A DNA stretch of 64,000 nucleotides from Octopus sinensis (GCF_006345805.1 NC_043020.1:27776001-27840000); one strand, 5' to 3'. Positions 12,781-25,397 are shown, numbered from the stretch's first letter. Numbers and translations: made by a program. The notes: generated by a model from the letters alone, not told the origin.

Positions 12781-14250
12781 ATGATGAAAATCAGCGGATT
12801 TATTAAGCATTATTCGTCGTATCATTGGATATTATGCTATGTTACTTTCATGACCGTTCTCCTGTTACACACATTAAGAGTTGACCTCGGTATCGCCTTT
12901 GCTTGTATGCTGAAAACATCCAACAGTTCACTTCAAGAACTTAATCATACCGGAATAAAGGAAGAATGTCCAGGGTCGGAGAATCATTTACCGAATAAAA
13001 CATTTGAAGGCGAATTCGAATGGAGCAACTCTTTACAGTCCCAGATGTTGGCTGGATACTTTTATGGATATACAGTGACTAATATATTTGGTGGTATGTT
13101 AGCCGACAAGTATGGAAGTAAAAATGTTCTGGGTTTTTCCATTATCTCGGCATCTATTTTGGCTCTGCTCCACCCAAGTTTGTCTAGAATAAGTGGGTAC
13201 TTTACCCTTGCCTTAAGGATATTAACGGGTTTGGTTTTAGGCCCTATGGCCCCATCAGTCCAGTCGTTGTGGGGACGTTGGGCACCACCCGAAGAGAGAA
13301 GCTCACTAGTTGCGTTTTCGTTTTCTGGCCAAACATTAGGGACCATTATATGCATGTCGATCTCAGGTTTCCTTTGTGAATATGGATTTGACAACGGATG
13401 GGGTTCTATATTTTACTTATTCGGTGGAACAACGCTGCTGTTTAGTTGTGTGTGGTTTTGTGTTGTTTATGATAATCCAGATGACCACCCCAACATCAAC
13501 GAAGAAGAACGAGTATATTTAAACAAAAACAGAAAAGATAAGAGTGAAGTAAAAAATGTACCTTGGAGGAAAATACTATCTTCTTCCGCCATTTGGGCCA
13601 TTACCGTTGCCCATATGATCACCAGCTGGACAAATACGGTCTTCCAGATGTTGTTACCATTATATATGAAAGATGTATTAAACATTGATCCTTCGGCGAA
13701 TGGTTTAATGTCTTCAACTCCGTCGTTAGGACAATTCATATTTTTACCATTATCAGGAAAACTTGCAGATGTTCTACGTTCAAAGAATTATCTGTCAACT
13801 CGTTCAGTCCGAGTAATATTCCAGTCTATCTCTTTTATTGGTTCAGCATCTCTACTTGTAGCCATCGGATTTCTGAAATGTGATCAGACTATTTTAATAG
13901 GAATTCTTTTATTCCTCTCTGGCGTGACGACTGCATTTTATTCTGGCGGTTTCTTGGTAAACCATATCGACGTTGCTCCCAGATATGCTGGAGTTTTATA
14001 CGGATTTACCAATACATTTGCATCAATATGTAGTATTTTATGCCCCTTGGCGGTTAAAGCTCTTACACCAAACGGTACGCAGAAGGAATGGCGAACAGTG
14101 TTGATCATGAGTGGTGCACTCTCGTTGTTTGCGGCAATAATTTATGCGTTATTTGCGAAAGGAAGTGAACAAGAGTGGGCTTACACTAAAGACAATTCTT
14201 CGCAAATTTCTGAAAAACTGGAAAAACCTTTATTAAAAGAAAGTTGCTAA
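12781..14250 (+). CDS. SLC17A5-like: SLC17/sialin-like transporter, paralog B (489 aa, most divergent copy)
   Basis: Intact ORF with LRVDLG, EFEW, GYFYGY, WGRWAPPEERS, VPWRKIL, NHIDVAPRYAG and GSEQEW. Confidence 0.95.
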   Translation: MMKISGFIKHYSSYHWILCYVTFMTVLLLHTLRVDLGIAFACMLKTSNSSLQELNHTGIKEECPGSENHLPNKTFEGEFEWSNSLQSQMLAGYFYGYTVTNIFGGMLADKYGSKNVLGFSIISASILALLHPSLSRISGYFTLALRILTGLVLGPMAPSVQSLWGRWAPPEERSSLVAFSFSGQTLGTIICMSISGFLCEYGFDNGWGSIFYLFGGTTLLFSCVWFCVVYDNPDDHPNINEEERVYLNKNRKDKSEVKNVPWRKILSSSAIWAITVAHMITSWTNTVFQMLLPLYMKDVLNIDPSANGLMSSTPSLGQFIFLPLSGKLADVLRSKNYLSTRSVRVIFQSISFIGSASLLVAIGFLKCDQTILIGILLFLSGVTTAFYSGGFLVNHIDVAPRYAGVLYGFTNTFASICSILCPLAVKALTPNGTQKEWRTVLIMSGALSLFAAIIYALFAKGSEQEWAYTKDNSSQISEKLEKPLLKESC

Positions 14251-14629
14251 AATTTGTTGTTTAATCTGTTGATACCCTGTTTATTATTCCCGGTTAAATC
14301 TCGTTTTAACTTTAGGTAAAATTAGTTGCCGGGGTTTCCGTTTGCGAATACATCCTGAGTCATTACGTTATCGCTCAACCAACTTCAAGAGTCGTTTTGC
14401 GCATCCTGTCCGAAATATAAAAACACATTCATTTTTAATTTCATCTCCACAGATTCTCTATAGAGATTAGAGCCAGCACTGAAAATTATGACCTTTCGTA
14501 TACGAATATATAAACAATGCGGTCGAAGATGGAAAAATAAGTAATGGCTATATAAGCATAATTCAAGAGTTCTTACCCTTTCTTCAGCACCACATCCACA
14601 TTAACCCTCTACAAACACATTCTTTTCTA

Positions 14630-15060
14630 CTCTTTTCTACACAAGGCCCGAAATTTTGGGGAGAGCGCCAGTCGATCAGATCGACCCCAATACGCAACTG
14701 GTACTTAATTTATCGATCTTGAAATGATGAAGATCAAAGTCGACCTCGGTGGAATTTGAACTTAAAGAGAGACAAAATACCGCTAAGCACTTTTCCCGGC
14801 GTGCTAACGTTTCTGCAGCCTACCGCCCTAAAACAACTCAATATTCTTTTCTACTCTAGGCACAAGGCCCGAAATTTTGGGGCAGGGTGCCAGTCGATTT
14901 GTACGACCCCAGTACGCAGCTGGTACTTAATTTATCGACCCCGAAAAGATGAAAATCAAAGTCGACCTCGGCGGAATTTGAACTCAGAACGTAAAGACAG
15001 ACGAAATACCGCAAAGCATTTCGCCCGGCGCGCTAACGTTTCTGCCAGCTCCTCGCCGTC
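14630..15060 (-). mobile_element. Two adjacent copies of SINE family 'B' (tRNA head plus conserved central domain, possibly Meta/MESC type)
   Basis: Reverse complement reads ggcg..agctggcagaaacgttagc..gttctgagttcaaattccgccgaggtcgact..tcggggtcgataaattaagtaccag. The domain name is from memory. Confidence 0.8.
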
Positions 15061-15816
15061 TTCCCCCTCAAACATATTGCTCTAATAGTCACTAAGTTTA
15101 GCTGTATAACACTCCTGCAAAGACCAATTTAAATGTTAAACGCATTCTTGACAATTAACCGAAATGCATTGTCGCTACCAGCAATTTAATAGGTTTTCTT
15201 AACATAGGCTATACACGACACGGCTGAATCAAAAGAGGAATGATCTGATATGTTTTTAATCGACCCTGGAATGCTGAAAGACGAAGTCAACTTGAATAGG
15301 AATGGAACTATCTCAGAAAAAGTAGTGGATTAAATTTCGATGTGCTCAAAGTATTTTATCAGACGTTCTTATGCATTATTCTCTATAGTTGAATGATTAG
15401 GAAGATCATATCGCAACAATTAGGTTCCATTTTGGACAGAGGTCCTTTTTTTTATAGCTTTAAGTTGACCGAATTCGTAGGAATATAACTTGGTAGTCGT
15501 AAACCATAGATGCTTGTCAGGTAGATGGTACTTGTAATCCATAACTTGTCACACTGATTCTGTTTAGAGGTACACGTGTCTATGAAATACTCAGCCGCCA
15601 TACCTGCTCGTTAATTCACTGGCAAATAAACTAGCAGAGAAATATGAAAGACTCTTCCCCCAGCGCTCGCACCTTACCTCGTATGGCCTAGCGGCCCTCA
15701 CTGTTTATTTTCACTGTCCTTTTTTTTGTAACCAAATTTGACCCTCCGCAAATCCCAAATTTTATTTTGGTTCGCGAGAGCAACTGTTTTCTCGAAGGCA
15801 CATATTGTCGTGAACT

Positions 15817-16230
15817 GCTCAGGAGCGGCTGTGCGGTAAGTAGCTTGTTTACCAACCACATGGTTCCGGGTTCAGTCCCACTGCGTGGCACCTTGGGCAA
15901 GTGTCTTCTACTATGGCCTCGGGCCGACCAAAGCCTTGTGAGTGGATTTGGTAGGCGGAAACTGAAAGAAGCCCGTCGTATATATGTATATATATATGTG
16001 TGTGTGTGTGCGTGTATGTTTGTGTTTGTCCCCCTAGCATTGCTTGACAACCGATGCTGGTGTGTTTATGTCACTGTCACTTAGCGGTTCGGCAAAAGAG
16101 ACCGATAGAATAAGTACTGGGCTTACAAAGAATAAGTCCCGGGGTCGAGTTGCTCGATTAAAGGCGGTGCTCCAGCATGGCCGCAGTCAAATGACTGAAA
16201 CAAGTAAAAGAGTAAAAGAGTAAAGAGTAA
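15817..16230 (+). mobile_element. SINE family A, full length, (agtaaaag)n tail
   Basis: Same head and tail as the 7237 copy. Confidence 0.9.
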
Positions 16231-16349
16231 ATGTGTAGAAAAACAGCCGACAACTGATGAAGGGTCGTGTTTTTATGTTACTTGTCTTGTTTTCCATTTG
16301 TTTCTCTCGCTGTTCGCAAAAAATGTTTGTCTTCGTATTTCATGTTGTT

Positions 16350-16539
16350 TACGTTTTGTGACGATCAAAAGTGATCGTATCACAGAAGAATTTTAAAAAT
16401 GTAAAAAGCAAGATTAGGTTTATCCGTGGAAAGAAAAACCTACGGAGAAGACCACGCTAAACTCAGGTAGGGAGGGAATAAATACATGAGAGCAAAGTGC
16501 TCTCTCTCTCTCTCTCTCTCTCTCCTCCTCTCTCTCCTC

Positions 16540-16599
<60 letters not shown>

Positions 16600-17914
16600 T
16601 TACAGGATCATGCTCAAAGTGGTTTCGTCACTCACACGCACCATATTTACTACATTCATCCACCTTTTTTTGAAACTTTCACGAGAAAAAACCTGCCTCT
16701 CTATTCTCACCTTCCTTTTCAAGTGGCACTTGAAAAGGTTGATGAGCGATTGGCCAGAGAGGTTTGTCTCTAATCCCTTCACTAATCCACTATAGAACGC
16801 CTTTGTTGTAATGAAGTCGCACAAGTTTGATCCCGGACGGCAGAGTTGCTTGAGATCAATGCGACACTCGCGGTGCCATTCGCCTAGCATCGGTCTCTGT
16901 TTGATCCACAACTGCAGTTCGGCCAAGGAGACGAGCTGCGGGAAAGCGCGCCGCACAAAAGGCGGCCACACTTGTTCACCGTCGTCTATGAAGCGCCAGA
17001 GATGTCGGAGTCTCAGCGCATGCCTGTGCATCATCGGCCACGGCATGCCCAGCCCTCCATTTAGCGGGTGTTGACAGCAAATGGATTGCCTAACCATTGG
17101 GACGCTTCCCTTCCAGAAGAAGCGGAAGTGTATGCGTTCCAGTTTGGTGATGGTAGGGTCGGGACAAGGCACGACGGTCAGACGGTACTCGATGACGGAT
17201 GCGACGTACGCGTTCGCCACCTCCGCCCGACCTTTTAGCAATAGCTTCTTCTCGGTCCATTACTGGGTGAGATTGGCCACCCTAGTCATTATTTCGCCCC
17301 AGTTCTTCTCCATTTGGAACCAGAGTCCGAGCAATTTAGCCGGTCCGTCGGTCCAGCGTCCCACTATGGAGATGCTGTTAGACGGTATGAGCTCCCGTTG
17401 CCGCTTCGTATTCTTTTAGAGTCTCGCCGATCAGGTCGATGTGCTTGTGACTCGGCATTATGACGGTGATGTCGTCCGCGTATGCAGACACGCTCGTCCT
17501 GCATCCCAATTCTCGCGGGATGCCCCTCAGAGTCGCCAGCTTCCGCAGTAGTGGCTCGAGAGTCAATACGTATAGAAGCGACGAGAGGAACCGAAAGTGC
17601 AGTGTCGAAAGGTCTCGATGTCCATTTACGCGAATTACCGAAGGGATGCCTCTGTACAAAGCAGCTAACCAGCCACGGAAAACGGGACCGAAACCAGCCG
17701 CTATGAGGACAGCCTCTAAGTATCGATGGTCTACTCTATCGAAAGCTTTCGATTGATCCAAATTGATCAGGGCCCCACCCATGCCAGGTTTCTTAACTAC
17801 CCTGTCTATGATGTAGCGCATCAGATGGAGGTTGGCAAGGATGCTCCGGCCCGCCACTGCGTACGTTTGCGCCTTGTCGACTAGTTTCTCGATGACAAGC
17901 GCCAACCTCTTTGC
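16350..17914 (-). mobile_element. L1/Tx1-clade LINE, 5'-truncated ORF2 (RT through C-terminus) plus part of the 3' UTR
   Basis: LDQSKAFDRVDH, TLEPLLRKL, SAYADD, GGLGMP and a C-terminal HLKRKVRIERQV..TTLSMIL stop at 16600. 16350-16470 matches the 3' UTR copy at 18773-19080. The 5' break abuts (TATC)n. Confidence 0.85.
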
Positions 17915-17986
<72 letters not shown>

Positions 17987-17987
17987 C

Positions 17988-18048
<61 letters not shown>

Positions 18049-18081
18049 TAGAATGATAGATAGATAGATAGATAGATAGAC

Positions 18082-18116
<35 letters not shown>

Positions 18117-18275
18117 CATACAGACATACAGACAGACAGACAGACAGACAGATAGATAGATATATAGATAGATAGATAGACATACAGACATACAGACATA
18201 TAGATATACAGACAGATAGACAGACAGACAGATAGACAGACAGACAGACAGACAGAAAGATAGATAGACAGAAAG

Positions 18276-18316
<41 letters not shown>

Positions 18317-18337
18317 TAGATAGATAGATAGATAGAT

Positions 18338-18397
<60 letters not shown>

Positions 18398-18455
18398 GCA
18401 GAAAGAGAGGTAGATAGATAGATAGGCAGAAAGAGAGGTAGACAGATAAATAGAT

Positions 18456-18494
<39 letters not shown>

Positions 18495-18497
18495 CAC

Positions 18498-18543
<46 letters not shown>

Positions 18544-18573
18544 GCAGAAAGAGAGGTAGACAGATAAATAGAT

Positions 18574-18616
<43 letters not shown>

Positions 18617-18621
18617 CACAA

Positions 18622-18690
<69 letters not shown>

Positions 18691-18706
18691 AAGACAGGTA
18701 GCTAGA

Positions 18707-18750
<44 letters not shown>

Positions 18751-18772
18751 TAGATAGATTGATAGATAGATA
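17915..18772. repeat. Compound (GATA)n/(GACA)n array, about 860 bp
   Basis: Directly visible, with internal higher-order duplications (gataggcagaaagagaggtagacagataaatag). Confidence 0.95.
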
Positions 18773-18926
18773 TGTTTCTTTATTAGCACACAGGGCTGCA
18801 CACAGATAGAACAAATTACAAGTAGAGCTTTTCTTTTGAAGGTATTAAAAAAAAAAAAAAAAAAAAAGAAGGGGGAGGTTCGATCAAAGGGATCGTAAAA
18901 GGAGAAAGAGGACAAAAATAAGGGGG

Positions 18927-18959
<33 letters not shown>

Positions 18960-19080
18960 AGAGGAAAAAAAAATGATCAATAGGGATCGTTATCACAGAA
19001 ATGTCAATATGAAGTGTAAAGGGGAGGACAGGTGAGGTTTACCCGTGGAAAGAAAAGCCTGCGGAAAAGACCACGGTAAC
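18773..19080 (-). mobile_element. 3' terminal fragment of the same Tx1-like family, flanked by (GATA)n on both sides
   Basis: Minus strand ends gtgctAATAAAgaaaca followed by (TATC)n. Shares ccgtggaaagaaaa.cct.cgga.aagaccacg with 16427-16460. Confidence 0.7.
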
Positions 19081-19183
<103 letters not shown>

Positions 19184-19703
19184 TTCATGTGTGTGAGTAT
19201 TTGTACTAAGCAATCTACAAAAGTACTTTACTGACATACATGGGTTCTGCGCATGAATCGTAATGCGACACACGAGGCATTTATCACAGAACTACGCTAA
19301 GTATAATTCATTCCTTCCACACACGTTCTCGCACATCTACTGGGTGAAGATTTGCCTGCGTTCATATTTACGTAGCAGATATCGGGCTGCTACACTTGCC
19401 AAGACTACATAGAGAGTTCATTCAGCACTGTTGGCATTTTAAATAGTGTTATTTTGTTATTACGTAAACCGAGGGGATTACACGCGTTGAAGGCATTCGT
19501 TTGAAGATATCTGGTGCTGAATGGTAGAGATCGTTCCGGTTCCGTTACAGCCCTGGGATACAATCAATGATAACGCTTAATGTGTATGAGACAGGGGGAG
19601 AGATGAACTCGAAGAAAGGGACAAAGAACTGGTAAGTATTGAGAAATTTGCCCCCCCCCCAAATACACTGACACTCACAGCTTTACACGTATATATTTAT
19701 ATA

Positions 19704-19843
<140 letters not shown>

Positions 19844-19980
19844 ACAATTGCACCGTGGAAGGTGTTTGTAAGCCATTTAAGAAACACCTTCCACGCTGCA
19901 ATTGTTTTCGTTTCAGCACACGATCCCAGATCAAATCACTTGCTATGCGAGTACATCTCCGTAATATATATTATATATAT

Positions 19981-20026
<46 letters not shown>

Positions 20027-20132
20027 GTATGTATGTATGTATATGTATATATGAATGAAAGAATGTATCCACGTTTATAGACAGGTAAATAGATAGTAAA
20101 TAGATAGATAGATGATGGATGGATGGATAGAT

Positions 20133-20229
<97 letters not shown>

Positions 20230-20683
20230 TGCATGATACATATACACGTATATTCAAGTGGATACATATGTATTTGCGCTTTTACGAGTAGGTGCGTATG
20301 AATGAAAGTTTGTAAGTACACACGTGTATGTATGTGTATGTATATATATATGTGTGTCTGTCTGTCTGTATGTATGTATGTATGTATTATGTATGTATGT
20401 ATGTATGTATGTATGTATGTATGTATGTATGGAAATTCGTTCGAGGCTGACAATTCATTGCCTTCCTACTTACTGATTGTAGTCTGTTCGATCTCTCATC
20501 GATCCATTGGTCACAATGTACGTTCGTCCGTTCATCCTTGTCTCACCTGATGACTCCGCCGCACTCTCAACGGGAAACTCTGAGTAACGACAGACTAAGT
20601 CGTCAACAACAAACAAAATAAATAACTCCGTTTCATGGATCATGTACATATTCAAACGTTGATATGTATAAAAGTGTGTGTGT

Positions 20684-20717
<34 letters not shown>

Positions 20718-20969
20718 CGTGCGTATGAGCGTTCGTGCTTCATGAAAATTTGTAGATTTCGTCTAGATTAAGGAAATGCAAAAGTATTTTGCATCAACTT
20801 TATATAATAATATAGGTATAAATTAACGTTAATATTATCAACGTATTCAATTTTAGAAAACATAATATCTATCTCAGTGATTAATTATTGATCTCTTACT
20901 TTTCAGTGAATGCACCGCCGTCGATTAATTTTTGCCTCGACCAAGAACATAAAGAACATTTTTCAACTT

Positions 20970-21183
20970 CACCAATTCTGGCTCACCAATTCTGTTCACC
21001 AATTCTGGTTCACCAATTCTGTTCACCAATTCTGTTCACCAATTCTTTTCACCGATTCTGTTCACCAATTCTGTTCACCAATTCCGTTAACCAATTCTGG
21101 TTCACCAATTCTGTAAACCAATTCTGTTAACAAATCCTGGTTCACCAATTCTGTTAACCAATTCTGTTCACCGATTCTGTTCA
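20970..21183 (+). repeat. 13-14 bp minisatellite (caccaattctgtt), 16 units
   Basis: Units counted directly. Confidence 0.9.
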
Positions 21184-21909
21184 TCGACATTTGTCACTGA
21201 AATAATATATCTTGAAGGCGGATCCTAGTTTTCGATCACGTTTTACATACAAGGAGTGACTCAACCTGGAATTGAAACTTCATCATAAACGACACTACCC
21301 TGAGATACTGGACTAATATAAACTGTAACTAATTATATCAAAGGACCGAGAGGAATTGAACATACGTCTTCAAATAACCAATCAGTTATCACACATATTG
21401 CAAAAATTTCTTCTGCATGAATAAATTTCAGACGGGAGCATTTAGAAGACTGCTATCGTTTTTCCCAACCATAAATGATAACAGGAACTTTGAATCTATG
21501 AACTCTGTAACTTATTGTTATAATTCTGCGCCTTCACGATTAAGTTGCTCCTTAATTGTATTCTTGGTTAGACGTGAACGTGAAAATTTTATATCCAAAA
21601 GCATAAAAGAGAAACGAAATATCTTACCAGAACAACAAAATTACCGTATATAGATGACTGGATTTATAGTGATTCGTAAAGGACTTCATTATTTAAAGAC
21701 AACGTATCAATGTATTGTGAACTGTAATGATATTAAAGATACGTAATTATAATTTTCGAAAACATTTATTTCCTTCACTAATATGTTTGAGAACAAAGAT
21801 CTTTTTTGTAATGAAGTTATGACAAACAAATCAACAAAGTGGGCAAGTGAAATATAATTTGCTAAACAGCGGCAAGTGCTTGTTTCTTAACTGAGAACAT
21901 ACATTATCT

Positions 21910-23428
21910 TATTTCTTTACTACCCACAAGGGGCTACACACAGAGGGGACAAACGAAGACAGACAAACGGATTAAGTTGATTATATCGACCCCAGTGCGT
22001 AACTGGTACTTATTTAATAGACTCCAAAAGGTTGAAAGGCAAAGTCGACCTCGACGGGATTTGAACTCAGAACGTAGCGGCAGACGAAATACCTATTTCT
22101 TTACTACCCACAAGGGGCTAAACTCAGAGAGGACAAACGAAGACAGACAAACGGATTAAGTTGATTATATCGACCCCAGTGCGTAACTGGTACTTATTTA
22201 ATAGACTCCAAAAGGTTGAAAGGCAAAGTCGACCTCGACGGGATTTGAACTCAGAACGTAGCGGCAGACGAAATACCTATTTCTTTATTACCCACAAGGG
22301 CTAAACTCAGAGAGGACAAACGAAGACAGACAAACGGATTAAGTTGATTATATCGACCCCAGTGCGTAACTGGTACTTATTAATAGACTCCAAAAGGTTG
22401 AAAGGCAAAGTCGACCTCGACGGGATTTGAACTCAGAACGTAGCGGCAGACGAAATACCTATTTCTTTACTACCCACAAGGGCTAAACTCAGAGGAGGAC
22501 AAACGAAGACAGACAAACGGATTAAGTTGATTATATCGACCCCAGTGCGTAACTGGTACTTATTTAATAGACTCCAAAAGGTTGAAAGGCAAGTCGACCT
22601 CGACGGGATTTGAACTCAGAACGTAGCGGCAGACGAAACGAATACCTATTTCTTTACTACCCACAAGGGGCTAAACTCAGAGAGGACAAACGAAGACAGA
22701 CAAACGGATTAAGTTGATTATATCGACCCCAGTGCGTAACTGGTACTTATTTAATAGACTCCAAAAGGTTGAAAGGCAAAGTCGACCTCGACGGGATTTG
22801 AACTCAGAACGTAGCGGCAGACGAAATACCTATTTCTTTACTACCCACAAGGGCTAAACTCAGAGAGGACAAACGAAGACAGACAAACGGATTAAGTTGA
22901 TTATATCGACCCCAGTGCGTAACTGGTACTTATTTAATAGACTCCAAAAGGTTGAAAGGCAAAGTCGACCTCGACGGGATTTGAACTCAGAACGTAGCGG
23001 CAGACGAAATACCTATTTCTTTACTACCCACAAGGGGCTAAACTCAGAGAGGACAAACGAAGACAGACAAACGGATTAAGTTGATTATATCGACCCCAGT
23101 GCGTAACTGGTACTTATTTAATAGACTCCAAAAGGTTGAAAGGCAAAGTCGACCTCGACGGGATTTGAACTCAGAACGTAGCGGCAGACGAAATACCTAT
23201 TTCTTTACTACCCACAAGGGGCTAAACACAGATAGGACAAACGAAGACAGACAAAGAGATTAAGTTGATTACATCGACCTCAGTGCGTAACTGGTACTTA
23301 ATTTATCGACCCCGAAAGGATGAAAGACAAAGTCGACCTCGGCGGAATTTGAACTCAGAACGTAGCGGCAGGCGAAACACTGCTAAGCATTACGCCCGGT
23401 GTGCTAACATATCTGCCAGCTCGCCGCC
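21910..23428 (-). repeat. Tandem array of eight about 184-bp SINE-B bodies behind one complete SINE head
   Basis: Unit starts (tatttcttta) at 21910, 22094, 22278, 22460, 22647, 22831, 23014 and 23198. Only the last unit continues into the tRNA head (..ctgccagctcgccgcc, 23428). Confidence 0.92.
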
Positions 23429-23492
23429 CTCAGAACATACATTACCTACGCGGACAAAGACAATTTCAGATTCTAAATATCGCGATATAAAT

Positions 23493-24947
23493 ATGTCTAC
23501 ATCTACCAGCTGGATTAAACAATATTTTTCCTGTCGAAGGAGATTATGTTATGCCTGTGCTACGGGTTTTCTTTTGATGCAAGCAATGCGAGTTGATCTG
23601 AGTATGGCTTTTGTTTGTATGTTGAAGACACCCAATCGTACAACTGAGGAAGTTAACGTCACCGCAAACAACCAGCATTGTTCCGGTTTAAGCAATCATT
23701 CTATAAATAGAGATTTTGAAGGAGAATTAGAATGGAGTGACACATTACAAGCAAACATGTTGGCTGGGTACTTCTATGGGTATGTTGCAACTAATGTTTT
23801 GGGTGGATTTTTGGCAGACAAATATGGTGGGAAAAGAGTTCTTGGGATTTCAATTCTCTTAGCATCAATTTTGACCCTTCTTCACCCCAGTTTATCTCGA
23901 ATTAATGGTTACTATACACTTGTTCTAAGAATATTAACAGGCGCAGTATCGGGGCCGCTGCCTCCGTCGATTCACTCCTTATTCGGACGTTGGGTCCCTC
24001 CACAAGAAATTAGTTTATTGATTGGGTTTGCATTTGCTGGACAAATTTTAGGAAGTATTTTAGGTCTTTCAGTATCGGGTTTCCTTTGTATATATGGATT
24101 TGATAACGGATGGGGTTCTATATTTTATATATTTGGTGGAATATCGTTGGTGTTTTGTTGTGTGTGGTTTTATGTGGTTTATGATAACCCAGATGTCCAT
24201 CCAACCATCAGCAAAGAAGAAAGGTCTTATTTAAACAAAACAATAGCGAGTGAAAATGGGGTCAAAAAAGTGCCTTTGCAGCGGTTGTTGTTTTCGCCTG
24301 CGGTTTGGGCCATCAACTTCGGTTTGTTCGCTTATGCCTGGACGGATTTATGTTTCCAGATACTGCTACCTCTATACATGAAAGGAGCCTTAAATGTGAA
24401 TACAACATCCAACGGTTTAATGTCATCTGCACCTTCGGTTGGACAAATTATTGCTTTGCCCTTAGGTGGAAAGCTTGCAGATATTTTACTTTCAAAGAAA
24501 TATCTGTCAACACGTTCTGTTCGTGTTTTATTTCAAACCTTTGCGCTGATTGCTTCAGCATGTCTGTTGATAGCCTTAGGATTCCTCAGATGTGACCAAA
24601 CCATTCTAATAACTCTCCTTTTATTTCTCAGTGGTATAACTTTATCATTTGTCAGTGGTGGTGTTCTTGTCAACAATAGTGACATTGCTCCACGTTTTGC
24701 TGGTATTGTATATGGAATCGCGAACACTTTTGCCTCGACGTCGGGCAGCATTAATTCTTTAACTACAAAAGCTTTAACCCCAAATGGTACCCAAGAAGAA
24801 TGGCAGATCGTGTTTGCTTTAAGTGCTGTTATATGTGTTGCTGGTGCTATATTATTTGCCATATTGGTAAAAGCTGAGGTCCAAGACTGGGCAACATGTG
24901 AGGCATCCGTTCATCCCAGCGACACAAATAGAAATAAAATAGTCTAA
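23493..24947 (+). CDS. SLC17A5-like: SLC17/sialin-like transporter, paralog C (484 aa from ATG 23493)
   Basis: MSTSTSWIKQYFSC aligns with the starts of the other paralogs. The 76 upstream codons in the ORF track are antisense SINE sequence. Full SLC17 motif set, no stops. Confidence 0.93.
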   Translation: MSTSTSWIKQYFSCRRRLCYACATGFLLMQAMRVDLSMAFVCMLKTPNRTTEEVNVTANNQHCSGLSNHSINRDFEGELEWSDTLQANMLAGYFYGYVATNVLGGFLADKYGGKRVLGISILLASILTLLHPSLSRINGYYTLVLRILTGAVSGPLPPSIHSLFGRWVPPQEISLLIGFAFAGQILGSILGLSVSGFLCIYGFDNGWGSIFYIFGGISLVFCCVWFYVVYDNPDVHPTISKEERSYLNKTIASENGVKKVPLQRLLFSPAVWAINFGLFAYAWTDLCFQILLPLYMKGALNVNTTSNGLMSSAPSVGQIIALPLGGKLADILLSKKYLSTRSVRVLFQTFALIASACLLIALGFLRCDQTILITLLLFLSGITLSFVSGGVLVNNSDIAPRFAGIVYGIANTFASTSGSINSLTTKALTPNGTQEEWQIVFALSAVICVAGAILFAILVKAEVQDWATCEASVHPSDTNRNKIV

Positions 24948-25055
24948 CTTGTTTACATTTTTTCTTTACTAGATTCTTTGTGACACTATTGTTTTTATGT
25001 TGTAGATCATTGCTATGTGTTCATATTTTCTTTAATATATACATATATATATAAG

Positions 25056-25355
25056 TGGAGGCGCAATGGCCCAGTGGTTAGGGCAGCGGACTCGCGGTCG
25101 TAGGATCGCGGTTTCGATTCCCAGACCGGGCGTTGTGTGTGTTTATTGAGCGAAAACACCTAAAAAGCTCCACGACGCTCCGGCAGGGGGTGGTTATCCC
25201 TGCTGTACTCATTCTCTCACTCTTTCTCTCACTCTTTCGTCTGTTGGCCTGCACGCTTAGCCAGCGGGGTGGCGTGATTCGAAGGCTAAAACAATGCGAA
25301 CGCATTGTGACCAGCAATGTGTAACAACATCTGATGGTCTGGTCGGTCACGTGAT

Positions 25356-25362
<7 letters not shown>
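25056..25362 (+). mobile_element. SINE family 'C' (tRNA-derived)
   Basis: tggaggcgcaatggcccagtggttagggcagcggactcgcggtcg..ggtttcgattccc A/B boxes, non-tRNA body, ends in (TA)n. Second copy at 51015. Confidence 0.85.

Positions 25363-25397
<35 letters not shown>

Noticed and set aside
16253-16345. ctgatgaagg motif after SINE-A
   Set aside because: Only the 5' half of a hammerhead core is present, with no stem II closure or GAAA.
17378-18996. Long ORFs (478, 360, 274 aa) rich in YLSI/CLSV repeats
   Set aside because: They are read-through of the (GATA/GACA)n array. Only the [12 protein letters not shown] portion is real (Tx1 RT).
21910-23428. Resemblance of the 184-bp array to a CRISPR array or a repeated small ORF (MIISTPVRNW..)
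   Set aside because: There are no unique spacers, the units are SINE bodies found throughout the window, and the context is eukaryotic with no cas genes.
23265-23492. 76-residue N-terminal extension of paralog C in the ORF track
   Set aside because: It starts at TTG inside an antisense SINE. Paralog alignment puts the start at ATG 23493.
25056-25130. tRNA-like sequences at SINE heads (also 5285, 49068, 51015)
   Set aside because: A and B boxes are present, but there is no complete cloverleaf with acceptor stem and they continue into SINE bodies. They are not tRNA genes.
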